This document shows, in pieces, positions 41,251 through 53,140 of a DNA stretch of 64,000 bases. The DNA lies in contig NW_002060956.1 in NCBI RefSeq assembly GCF_000150275.1, positions 990,280-1,054,279 on the forward strand, written 5' to 3'. Position 1 is the stretch's first letter. The number at the start of each line of letters is the position of its first letter. This DNA comes from Trichoplax adhaerens (Eukaryota; Animalia; Placozoa). Under the pieces are notes generated by a model. That model saw only the letters and a program-made list of their open reading frames with translations, had not been told where the DNA came from and did no database searches. Made by a program: the position numbers and the translations under genes.

Positions 41251-42830
41251 TGACGATAGATAATCTACTGACTAGTTTACGTCTAATACTGTTACGAAGG
41301 TATCTTATGATAAGTCACTAGATGGTAATCAAAATTTTTCGGCTATAGGTAATATATAAAGATCTTATCTACAATACGTTAAATATAATGTATAGATAAC
41401 AATAATATGAGCAAGAGATATCTCACATATTTCTAGATGACTTTCACTTACTGATCAGTGGCTATACATGATCTACAGTAGATATGTCTTAATGACTTTT
41501 TGTCTTTGGGAAAGATCTTCAATTAACTGGTGTATGATATAAATGGCTTATGCTTATGTAAGTATTTACCTTAATAATTATATGGAAGTAGCTTACTGTA
41601 GAGTGCTGTAAATATTAATATATCCCATAACTTGAATAGCGTTTCAGTATATCTGAATGCTGAAAGAGCAAAAAGTTATGAGTTGCTCGCATATCAGCAT
41701 GATAATAATTTTATTAATTAAAGCTGTCACTAATGAGGTAAAGATCTAACTAAATTATTAAAAACTTCGCTTGCATGATTGTTTTGTGTACCCGTTCTGT
41801 AGATTGTATACTCATACTTCATATAAGGTCGATATTGCTCTATTATTGATGTCAAATAGATTTTTTTGTCTTGATGAACTAGCAATATTGTAGAAGCCCA
41901 AATAAATGAGTAAGGAGCTCAATTCATAATAGATGTATGCTAATTATGTACACATAAGTAGGTTGAGGTGAACTCTGTTTCTCGTGCGTGGCTCTTGCAT
42001 ACGTATTCTATGGCCAAGTTTATAACATAGAATAGCATGATAGTCGAGTCTCTCTTTACTACAGTGCCATACCATAAAGATATAATTAAATAGCTAAAGG
42101 AATATTTAGTAAATTTGTTCTTTTCGTTGTGGTCGGTAATACAATAAAATTTAATTATCCCTTAGCGTAAATTTTGCAAGGAGGGCATAATTATCTAAGG
42201 TAAGGTACTGATATGAGTATATTATAATTTAATAGGCTCATCCATTGTCCATCATCCGTTGAGATTTTCACAATGTTAAAAGTAAAATCATCTTAATGTC
42301 TTTTATTCCATTAAATAATAATCATACGTATATTATTAGTAAAGTTAGATTCTTCGCGATTTCCTTCTCGTTAAATTTAAACAGATGTAAATCATTCACA
42401 TTCAGTTACATTAAAGTAAAGGCTACATCAAAATATGCTCTACTGGTGAAATATGTAGGTACAGTTTTTTGTTACAATTATTTTTGTTAGTAAATGTGTT
42501 ATAGATCACTATATAACAAAGCTTGTACAGAAATTTGAGCACTGAGTATGCACATTATATATAAATTGCTGCATTTAACAAAAGAAACATTTTGCTGGCT
42601 ATATCCTTATATGCTTCATGATAATAAATTAAGGTGAGGAAATCAGACAAATCCAAGATGAATTGACGATTAATGAAAACGACTAAAATAATCCTTGGAA
42701 GGCCTTTTACTGTTTTAGTACATAATTGAGACTAGTGTCGTCAAATTGTATAAAAATATACTGTACAGAATTATCCCAGCAATTGATCCTTGTAAAATCG
42801 TGGCTGACTTGTGGGCATTGAGGGTAGCGA

Positions 42831-45800
42831 TTACTTTCCGGAACCTGATTTTTTGCCTTTACTACTTGTGCGAGAAGAGGCCCTTGAGCTTACTTTAGAA
42901 CCAGTTGGCGATTTAGCTGCACTGCCAATATCAGTGGCACCAAATTCCATAGTTTTTGATTTGATGGATTGTTTTGAATTGGACGCTACACTAGTACGAC
43001 TAACAACTGAATTCCTGTCGATTATCACATAAAGAAGAAATTAATCCTTAAAATATTGAAAAACCAAACAGTTACTTGCTATGTCCTAGATTAATAACAT
43101 ACACTGGATAAATAACTTACATTCAATTGCAATTACAAATCAATTTTGTTTTAATTACCTTGATGAAGCAACACTACTTTGAGATCGTGAGCTACTTAAG
43201 ACTGATGGAGGACGAGAACTTTGCCTGGATGATGCTGGACTTGGAGGCTCTGATAGACCAGCCTGATAAGAAAATGATGATAGTCTTATTTTAAGCGCTG
43301 ATATCAATTATCTAGATAAATTGCTTTACAATGAAGATAAAGCCATGTAGATGTAAGTAGATACGTAAGTTAAGAGGACAAATTATAATAAACTTACTTG
43401 CTGGTAGTAGGCACTAACAGTGGTTGATAAGTTAGGATTATCGCTGCTCAAACCCTTAACTTGTTGCATAATGTTATTATTAAAATCACGTAGTAGGCGT
43501 GTATCGATGTCTTTCTATATTTTCCACGATAAAAAAGGAATGAAATATAATATGCCTTTAGTTAATGCTATATATCATAGAGTCTCCTACTAATAAAACT
43601 AAATCAAAGAAAAGATAACAAAGCAATAATGGCTTTTGCAGTTTGTTCGCCAAATTTCAAACTCAGACTAAATAAAGTTATAAACTTACCTCTTGGGGTA
43701 ACTCTTCAGATTTACTCGTGCCATTGCGAACTTCCTTTACTAATTTAGACATCTATAAACGAATTGATAGTCGCATTAGTTAAACTGTTTACGTTATGAA
43801 TGATGTCTAAAAATGTTACAGCCAATCCTACCTGCTTATTAATTCTTTCTTGTTTCTTTTGTTGCTCACTAACGGCTGCTTTTAACTGATTACCTTTTAA
43901 CTATTAAAACAGAAGAAGTTATTATAAAAGCTCTTCTAAAGTCGGAAGAAAGAGTAAGAATTTGAACTACTGATCATTATAACTTGGCACAGTTGAATAT
44001 AGAATAGATTAGATATTTTTGATAACTGTTTGAAATCGTGGCTAATTTCAGGCATTCAGTTTACCTGGAGGTCTTCCAAAGCCTTTAGAAGATTATTTTC
44101 ATCTTCATCTAAGGCAGCGAGATTTTGACGCATAGCCTGTGATGTAATGGAGATAATCATAAATTCAGCTGAAGTTTAAAGCTACTTTAAGATAATTCAT
44201 TATCAAAAAATAAAGTGATTCAACCTGTAGATCTTCTTGTATTTCACGAACTTGTCGACGCTTATATTTATATTTGTCAAGGACAGCAGCCAACTGTTTT
44301 TCCAATAGTTCTTTCTCTTCGACTTCATCTGCCATATCATCGACCGGTTGAAGGCTTTTACGTAACTTTTCATTGCGCCCGGCCAGTAACCGAAATGTAT
44401 TATCCAAGGCTCTGAAAATTATTATATAATATAATTACTCTTCGATAGCTTTGCATCTGAATCGTTGATTGAAGAACTCTCTTTAAAATTCAGTTTCAAG
44501 TTGAGTTTTAAAACTGAGAAATATTTACCTAATTTCCTTTTCAGCCTTTCTAATTTTAGCATCTAGAATATCGCCCTGGCGTTGAAGTTCTTCCTTTTCT
44601 TGTGCTGCCTGGAAAATTGATTATAAAATCTACTTAAATCTATTTTATTAAATATAAAGATTTGATGAAATAGTATACTGTACTAGCAATTAACTGTACT
44701 GTTGTATTGAATGTAATTATAATTTCATTATCTACCAAAATTTTTCATAACGGAGTAATCATCAGCGTTAGTTAACTTAAGCTTTTTTTATGAAGTGAAG
44801 TGAATTACAGACACGCAGTAAATCAATTATAGCTTTATTCTATTGGTTATCATAATGCTTTAACTCAGTAACGAAGGGTGAAGAGTCTTAACGATGCAAT
44901 AACTTATTACTTATTAGAACTTGTTTATCATTGTTGTACGCTAGAAAAAAGTAATAAAAGTAGCGTAAAACGATATAATCCTGCAATTAATATTTAGCCT
45001 ACCTTTATAACAAAATATGCTTGTGTATGTTCTTCTTCTCCTTCAGGTGGTGCCATAGAGACCATCAGAAGTTCATATCTAATTTTAAAATGATTTGTGA
45101 TATATTACTAAAATGTAATGAAAGTTGAATTTAACAGCTATATCAGAAATAAGGCGAAACTGTTACCTTCTCCTTAGTTTATCAATTTTAGAGATTCTCT
45201 CGTGTAACTCAGAGCTGCGAATCACAGTATAAATGTTTAGTAAACAATAATGAGGCCTCGTATGATCGTCAATGAGAGTGGCTATTTTAATTATCACATC
45301 TATAAAATTTTTATAGTTACCTTATAGTTTGCTTTTCTTCACTTGCGCTCTTTAGTTGAGCTCGTAGCATATCCTTATGGATATTAATTTCATGACGCCT
45401 TTCTTTCATTGCCTTAAAGGTAAAAGTTATTATAACAATTAAACAATTAATACTAAAATTAAGACCGCATATATAATGCACTATTCATTCCATACTTACA
45501 GTTTCTAGCTGTAGTCTTCGCTTTTCTTGCGTTAGAACATCGTCAGCTTTACTTTGCAGATGTTCACGGATTCTGCGTTATAATTTGATTGCATAAAATT
45601 TAGTACATCTAAAATAATTGATTCTTGATCGAAATTACATTAGATTTATTTACGTATAAGTCTTGGTACTCACTTCTTCAGTTCCAATCTCAGTAAATTA
45701 TCTTCAACCAATGTATCCTAAAATGAAATTATGCGATTTTTCTCTTCAGTATAAACTAGCAATAAAAGGTGTCTCTTCCTTCAGTCATGGCTTATAATAA

Positions 45801-48800
45801 GCGTTAGAATATGAAACAAAGCTGTACAGAAGTAGTGATAATGATTTTTGAATGAACTTTCTGAGCACGGTATCTCTATACGCCTTTTTAATAAAATTGC
45901 TATAAAATATTTAATGACTAGTTAGAAACAAATTTTGACTCTGATGAAGAGCACTTCAATCTTTAAAGTAGCTTCGTATATCGAAAAATAGTTTAATATT
46001 ATTTTAGACATTTAAACTTATTTTATACCTATCATTAAGAGATAAAATTTCATGATAAATTTAATACTATTCAATTTTGAAACTCTTCTAATAATATCTT
46101 CCGAGATATTATAAATTGAGTAAAGTATACTTTAAAGAGCACATAGTAACCTGCTTTTGGGCTGTTAATCGCCTCAATTCGCGCTGCGAGCTGTCATTAT
46201 GCAAGTTCAGTTCACCTAAAAATATTGTAAGTCAACGATAAGATCAGTCGTATTCAATAGTAATGTGTAATAAAACGTTACTTTTTACATTATATCGTGT
46301 TTCCAAGTTGTCTTCTTACATTATGTGCACGATTTAGACATTTTAATTTTTACCTATTTTGGTCGTTAATGCATCCTTTTCCTTTTTACTCTTCTCTAAT
46401 TCACGATTTGTCCTTCGTAAATCATCTTGCAGTCGTTTCATTTGATTTGTGAGTAGAGCCTTGGTGGCTTGTTCTTTTTCACATTGAGTAGTTAATTCCT
46501 AGTAACGTCACCATTTGCAATGGTTAAATAGATTTATCATTACTTTCCTAAATTATTATAGAGTTCCTATCTTTTACGATCACTAAGAACCAGTGTTATT
46601 AGGATGATAAGCGTGGCACTATTGATAGCCATTTATCACGAGGAATATGCCACACTATCAGATTAACTAGTACTATCCAAAACATTAGTCTTGTTAAGAC
46701 CGGATAAATATTAGTAACCTACTTTTGCTCTAGCTGTAAGTTTTTCCTTTTCATCTGTGCCTACTTCACCCTGTAGACGAGCAATTCTTCGTTCCAATTG
46801 CTGCAATTGGAAATCCTATGTGACAGATTAATTCAGATTGTAAGTTATAATTATCGTATGAAATCAAGTGTTATAATGTTTATGAAGAAGAAAACGATGG
46901 CATTTCTACATGGATAGAGTGAATTCGAAAATTTGATTTTTTGAGACGACTTACTTGAGTATAAATAAGTTCTTGTTGCTTTAATGATTCTCGATCTAAC
47001 ATGGCTAAGCGACTGTCGAGATTCTTAATAGCAGCACGAGAGCCTTGAATTTCAGCGTTAACTACCATTTCGTTATGCTGTTCTTTATGTAGTATCTCAT
47101 TCTTCTTAAATCGCAGTTCTCCTAATTGTTGTAATTCTTGTTCTAACTTAGCAAGTCGGTTTTCTTCCGCTCTCATGATTTTATCCCAACGATCAGCTTT
47201 CTCCTCAACTGATAATGTTGTAACGTTACTTTCTTTCAGCTCCTTGGCTAAATCATCACGCTCTTCCTGAATAGCTAAAAGCCTAATATAATGAGCATAG
47301 CAAGTAATCAGAATAAAATTGATCACTTTTAATTTTCGTATTTTAATAAACGCCTATTACTTTATTTTATTAATGATTTATTGTCTATAAAGTTAATATA
47401 TCTACCTATTTTGCTTATCTGCAATTTCTGCTTTTAATTGACTATCTTTTGATTTAATATTTTCATAGTCATTTGCAGTTCGATCGACAACTAGCCTTAA
47501 ACTTTCGAGCTATAATTAGTAAAACATTTTGATTAATATCAAAAGTAAAATTTCGCTAGTACAGTATTGTAGAATGTTACAGTGAATTGAAAACTAAAAG
47601 AAATGGTAATTTTTTATCTGACTTTAGGGATATGCTTCTTTTTTACTAGTATTGGTACTACAATATGACTAAACATGGATGACTTAAAATAAATCTATGG
47701 TGAATACAAAGCATGAAGTACCTCATCTACAATTTCATTTCTAGCTCTTTCAACTTCCTGATATTCTAGGCGTGATTTGCCGATGAGCTGATCGCCAACG
47801 GCGATTTTTTTTCTAACTTCTTGATTATCAATTTTGATTGATTCCAATAGGCGCTACAAGGAGAGAGGATTTAAGGATTGTTGTATAGTTAAAATTTGAT
47901 ACATTGAGTACTTTCAATTTGTATAATTTTGCACTAATTCTAACCAGTCTTTCGTTAATTGAATTTTCTTTTTCTCTGACATGTATATTGATTTTAGCTA
48001 AATCCTAAAAATAAATGTATGGATCAATTTATAATGGAATAATAAAAATTTCTTGAACCTATTTAACAAACATAAAACTATCGATAGTATTGTGGAAGAA
48101 CCGACGTCTTCACTTATTCTATGTAGTTACTAACGTTATTAATCCCTTCAATGTCTTTATCTCTTCGTTGCATTTGCTCAATTGTAGTTTGCCATTGTTC
48201 AAGTAGTTCCTGGCGTTGTTGATGAGCTCGTCTAAAATCTTCTGCTACTTTATCTACTTCTAGCTGTAATCCGTTTATAGTAAACCAGTAAGTATCTATT
48301 GAACTATTATAAAGTGATATACTTGTAAGCGAAATTTCGAAAGATGCTTTCGATACGAACCTGAGAGGTAAGTGTTTGAGTTGCTTCAAAATCTAATTGC
48401 TTTTTAAGTTTGCTAAGTTTTTCTGTGTTTTTCTCCGATTTTAATGATAGATCCTATTGCATTAAGTTTGTGGCTATTAACGTACAGATTCAAATTATAA
48501 TTTATTATTTTATGTACTGTAATACCCATAATTACTTACTGTAACTTTAGTTTCGTCCACTCTTGTATATTTTTGCAAAATTAGAGCATCTTCATCTTTA
48601 TTAGTACATTCTTCAAGCCATGCTTCAAGAGCCTACAATTTCATTGATGAGCATAAAGTATTCAGTTATCTATAATAAAGTGTCTAACTTTGTATTTACA
48701 TCATAATATCTATTGAACATAAATTGTTTACCTGTTGATCCCATTTAACTTGATCTTTGATATCATCAATTTTTTGATTATTTTTAAAAATGACATTCTA

Positions 48801-49918
48801 ATAGGTAGAAATATGATTATTAATGGCAATGATTTGATTACTTTTTTTAAGATACCGTTATCACAGTATATGTATAAAAGTAATACAGTTAAAATTTTAT
48901 ACACAAGAGATGTTATTTAACTGGAATAACATTTGCCGTTCGCGGGTCAAGTGGTTTACGTAATTATTCTGCATCTCCACTGTCACTGTAACAAACCTGG
49001 TATATATTCATTTTGTCTTTAGTCTCAGAAGCTAAATTTGCAATACGTTGTAGTTCTATGGCAATGCGGCCCTTTTCACGATTTGCTTTTTAATAGTAAC
49101 AATAACGAACAGTTTAACAGGGTATTATATCTGGATTTTAATAGACCGCCAATGAAATTGGTATATTGAAGATTTGGTTATACAATCATTCAATTACAAT
49201 AATGTTCTACTTATCAAATAGCTATAACATACCAAGTTGCAGAAAGTGTTTCTCACTTTGATTTTCATTTTGTCTGGCACGACACATTGCCTATCAAAGT
49301 TACGTATGTTACATTGGGATTGTAAGGGTAAAAGAGCAGGTTGAAACAATTAATTTAAGATTTCGATTAGAGTAGTGGGCATGCATTATTTCTTAGGCTA
49401 ACCTGAGTCTGCTGCCATTCTTGCCTGACATTTTTCATATGCTCTTCCATAGCTCTTATACGATCATCATGCTCATTATTGTGCATTTTTAACGACGTAT
49501 TTTTTTGCTCGTTTAACCGTATCTAAGAATCATTGAGGATAAGATATTATAATTGGATATAATTTAGTACGTCAGAGAGTGAAAGATACTTTCTGATGGT
49601 TTTTAAAGGAATAAAGGTGAAGTAGTAGAATCTACCATACAATTACTCCGTATAAATGTGCATATATATCTATGACGGAAATTGCCCATAAAATACAGTG
49701 CAGTTTTATACTCCAATAATGCCAACGTTCTATACTTACAGAATATTCCTTATTTGTATCATCTAATATGATACAGGGTTATAGTTAAAATTTGCAGTCA
49801 TTTAGGCTGCGTTACAAGGTATACATACTTTCTCTTCCAGTAACTTATTTTCCTTATTGGCCACTGGCATTACAATGTCATTGTCCCAATCGAATTCAAT
49901 TTTAGTACGTTGGTCCAT
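42831..49918 (-). CDS. CCDC39: Coiled-coil domain-containing protein 39 (axonemal 96-nm ruler subunit), 28 coding exons
   Basis: Manually spliced: exon1 49829-49918 [30 protein letters not shown], exon2 49403-49522, exon3 49233-49290, exon4 48997-49085, and so on. Conserved blocks [123 protein letters not shown]. Ser-rich tail ends at TAA 42831-42833. Confidence 0.96.
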
Positions 49919-50308
49919 GATGTATACGTTGATGTTCGCTTACGTTGGTAAAATTGTAATTTCTTGAATTATTCTGGTATGTTCTATAGAGTTAGATAAA
50001 AAAGGAGGGATATTACGTCCAAGATATGATATCTGTATATGCGATTATTTTTACTTTTTGGCTTATTCCAATGTTCTAATGATCGTTTATAATTGTTATC
50101 CATGAAGTAGAAATGCATTTATGTCATCCAACTAGCTTTTACTCTGGAATCTATTGAAATATAACTTATTATAAAACTTACATTAATCGTTGATAATGAT
50201 GGATGGATCACAAGGTAAGATCGATTTAGCAGTTTTACTTGTAAACGTTACTGATTATAATTATAGGAAAATATGAATTTATGCAATGAAATGTCAAAAT
50301 ATGAATTT

Positions 50309-50322
50309 GTTACTATGGAGAC
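50309..50322. promoter_or_regulatory. RFX-binding X-box
   Basis: GTTACTATGGAGAC (reverse complement GTCTCCATAGTAAC) matches the 14-bp ciliary-gene X-box (GTYNCY-AT-RGNAAC), ~390 bp upstream of the CCDC39 ATG. Confidence 0.75.
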
Positions 50323-50398
50323 GATATAGCCGTCCTTCTTTCTGGACGTATGCCATTATCCAACATCTTACAAGCACGTTTGTTTGGAGACTAAATCA

Positions 50399-50538
50399 AT
50401 ACTGTACCCTATATAGTGGAGTAGTGAATCAGTAGTTTAGGTATAATGACCGAAAGGAGAATAACATACCATCGATACCACGACCAAGGCTAGGAACTAT
50501 CTTCATACTGTACCCTACGTAGTGGAGCGGTGAATCAG
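50399..50538 (+). repeat. 34-bp direct repeat, two copies (50399-50432, 50505-50538)
   Basis: atactgtaccctaTAtagtggagTAgtgaatcag vs atactgtaccctaCGtagtggagCGgtgaatcag, 30/34 identical. Confidence 0.9.
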
Positions 50539-50731
50539 AGGTAACCTTCCATGGGCTGTTGATGAACTTGGTATAGCGAGATTAATTTCGATAATACTGT
50601 ACACCAAAAAAATAAAATTGTGTACGTATAATTGTTATTTGTACAGCACACATAAATTTTATACAGAATTATTAGCAAATCATAACTTTTAGTAGTTCTT
50701 CATTCCGATTTTCCTGCCGAAATGAATTTCG

Positions 50732-50940
50732 CTACAGTGTACAGTAGTTTACAGAGGCCTGCCGTACAGTGTACAGTACTGTAACTTGAGATGGAAGAAA
50801 ATGGTAAGGGAGGGGAGACGAGTCAGGCGGCGGCGACGGCCGTTACCAGTTCCGTACGTCCCGTCTGGCACGTACAAGGAGATTTTTGCCTAGTAAAAAA
50901 TTTTAAAACGGCAACTTACTGTACTGTACAGTACAGTACA
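50732..50940. repeat. CAGTA/TACTG pentamer cluster with a perfect 22-bp palindrome, flanking a GC/CpG-rich island in the putative promoter
   Basis: tacagtgtacagta (50732), gtacagtgtacagtactgta (50764), TACTGTACTGT-ACAGTACAGTA (50917-50938); island 50808-50879. Confidence 0.8.
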
Positions 50941-51111
50941 TTAGGATAGATTGCAAAGCGCTCAAGAGCCTCAGCTTAGAGCTTTAGATGGTTCTTGATC
51001 TGTCCCGTCGAATTTATAAATTTGGCTGTAAACGTAGTCTTGAGCTGTTGGCATAATCTGCCGGGATTATATCAATACAAGTATCACTTTAAGAAGCAAG
51101 GAAAGATTCAG

Positions 51112-53052
51112 GTATGTGATTGCATCGATTGCTATAATTTGACAGTTGTGTACTGTAGATAGAGACATGAATGGACCAGTATCGAACGACTAATGTCGAC
51201 GCGGATAATATAGTAAACATCATCACTATTTTGAAAGAAGCTGCACTATCTTACTAGTAATACCCTTATTAAAATTCAATAATATGAATAGCTACTGTGT
51301 TACAGTTGTAAACCTTTTACCTTGATTTCATGAGGAAGATCAGCTTAGAATGTAGGCTAAGTGATGGAAAGTATGTGTAGCCTGAACGATACTGTCAATC
51401 TAAATATAATCTTAATTGACTACTGCGCCAAAAACGTATTGAAAGAATGAATGTTGTGATGACAGTACAGTATTTGCAAATGAAGCATCTTCCTGATGCC
51501 ATAGCGAGTAAAGTTATCCAGTAAAAGCGATAGACAATAATTAGTAATACTGTACAGTGTACATGTACTGTACTATAATTTCTATCTCTATTCTCCAACA
51601 GGATAGACATACTTAACTTTCTCTGCTTGGTTAGGCAGTTACATACTGTAATATGTACGCGTATAATCTAATCTAATTGATATATCATACTGTTAATATA
51701 ATCAATTGTTTTTCTTAACAGTACTCTATTTTAGTGATGATTGATTGTAAACTTGTAATCATGGAGTACGTGATAATAGTGATCGATCTATGCAGTATAC
51801 TTTTCGTTAAAATGTTAACAAATATCACAGTAATTCTACTTACTGTACCTATCTAAATGGGAAATCAAAGTTAAACCATCGTTACTGCATGAGAATTATA
51901 CTGCAGTAACTGACTTGTAATGACCGCAAACTCGTATGTCAACATCAAATGTCTACGTACGTTGGCCATCTTAGTAGAGATGCGATCATGCATCATTTTA
52001 ATCTGCTACTTTTCTAGATTAAGAACCTTATCTGATCAATCTCCTATCTCCAATTGCTTTCATGATAGAGTAATACAGAATGGCATGAATAGACTGCGCG
52101 TATCACTGCAATGATCGTTCATTAATTTTATTATTATCATATGAAAAAATTAAACTGAAATCGACCTTTCAAATGTCCCGCCATCTAATTTAAACTCAGC
52201 TACGAATGACTGCATGCCGAGTATAAATAAGTCCACTCACTATAAATAAATAGATTATTTTTATCATTTCAATACTGTGCTGTAATGGACAGTACCGCAT
52301 ATTTTAGTTCTAGGTCAATGACAGTAAAACAATTTGAATAACACTAATGGCATAACGTGAACCGAGCAAATACTGAACTATCCAAACTATAAATATTAAC
52401 GTATATTCAACTTGAAGCCTATGTTAACCTCAAATCATAGCTAAAAGACCGGGCATAAAATTTTTTTGTCTGTGCTTTACTTTTCGCTGCGTAAGTTTTT
52501 ACGACGTTACAGTTATTCTAGCAATTACCGTTAGAGCCTACAGTAACGGCAAAATTGTTAGGATTTACTACGATTCTGCGTTTACATCATCTCTCAATTC
52601 GTAACAAATACAATACTATAAATGACAAATCCTTCCATCAGCATTAGCGGATATCAGTTCTAACCGGAACATCCGCTCGCCATTCTGATATAAATATTAT
52701 ATGCGGTTATAACTTTCTAGGGTAGGACATTCATTTTGCTAGCTAAAATCTTACTTAAAGCTGAAAGAATGCTAAAGGTTTGGATTACACCATTTGAAGA
52801 TAATAAAAGTGAAATTCAGACACAGATGTTTACTCAAAATAGCACTTTAACGTTTTTGCCTTTGTCATATTCCATCCAGCCTTCATGTTGTCCTATACTG
52901 TTCTTCTTAATTACAACAACGTTGTTAGCTATAACTACTTACTTTTAGATTAATTGGTTAAAATAATTAACCTCATTACGTTGATAAGCTCGCATGGTCG
53001 TATGGCATGGTCGAAATACTTTTTAACTGGTTAAATTTTTAAACTATTTCAG
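51112..53052 (+). other. Probable 5'-UTR intron of CNTROB
   Basis: Strong donor CAG|GTATGT at 51112 and acceptor TATTTCAG| at 53052, 88 nt upstream of the ATG at 53141. Confidence 0.55.
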
Positions 53053-53140
53053 GTCCCATCAACTGTCTTTTGGTTATAATAAATTCTTTAACAGTAAGTT
53101 CAAAGTGACAGCATCATCGTATTAATCATTTGACGTTAAG

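Larger units (their letters stand above)
6330..42800. other. ~36 kb gene-free interval (gene desert, or very long 5' intron(s) of the receptor gene)
   Basis: The only ORFs are short (<=81 aa), mostly I/L/F/Y/K-rich and without recognisable domains. I saw no run of spliced coding exons like those in the flanking genes. Confidence 0.7.

Noticed and set aside
6684-42490. Numerous 60-81 aa ORFs in the desert
   Set aside because: Composition typical of AT-rich non-coding DNA, no domains, many non-ATG starts.
50399-50538. 34-bp repeat pair as a CRISPR array
   Set aside because: Only two copies, a 72-bp spacer, eukaryotic context and no cas genes.
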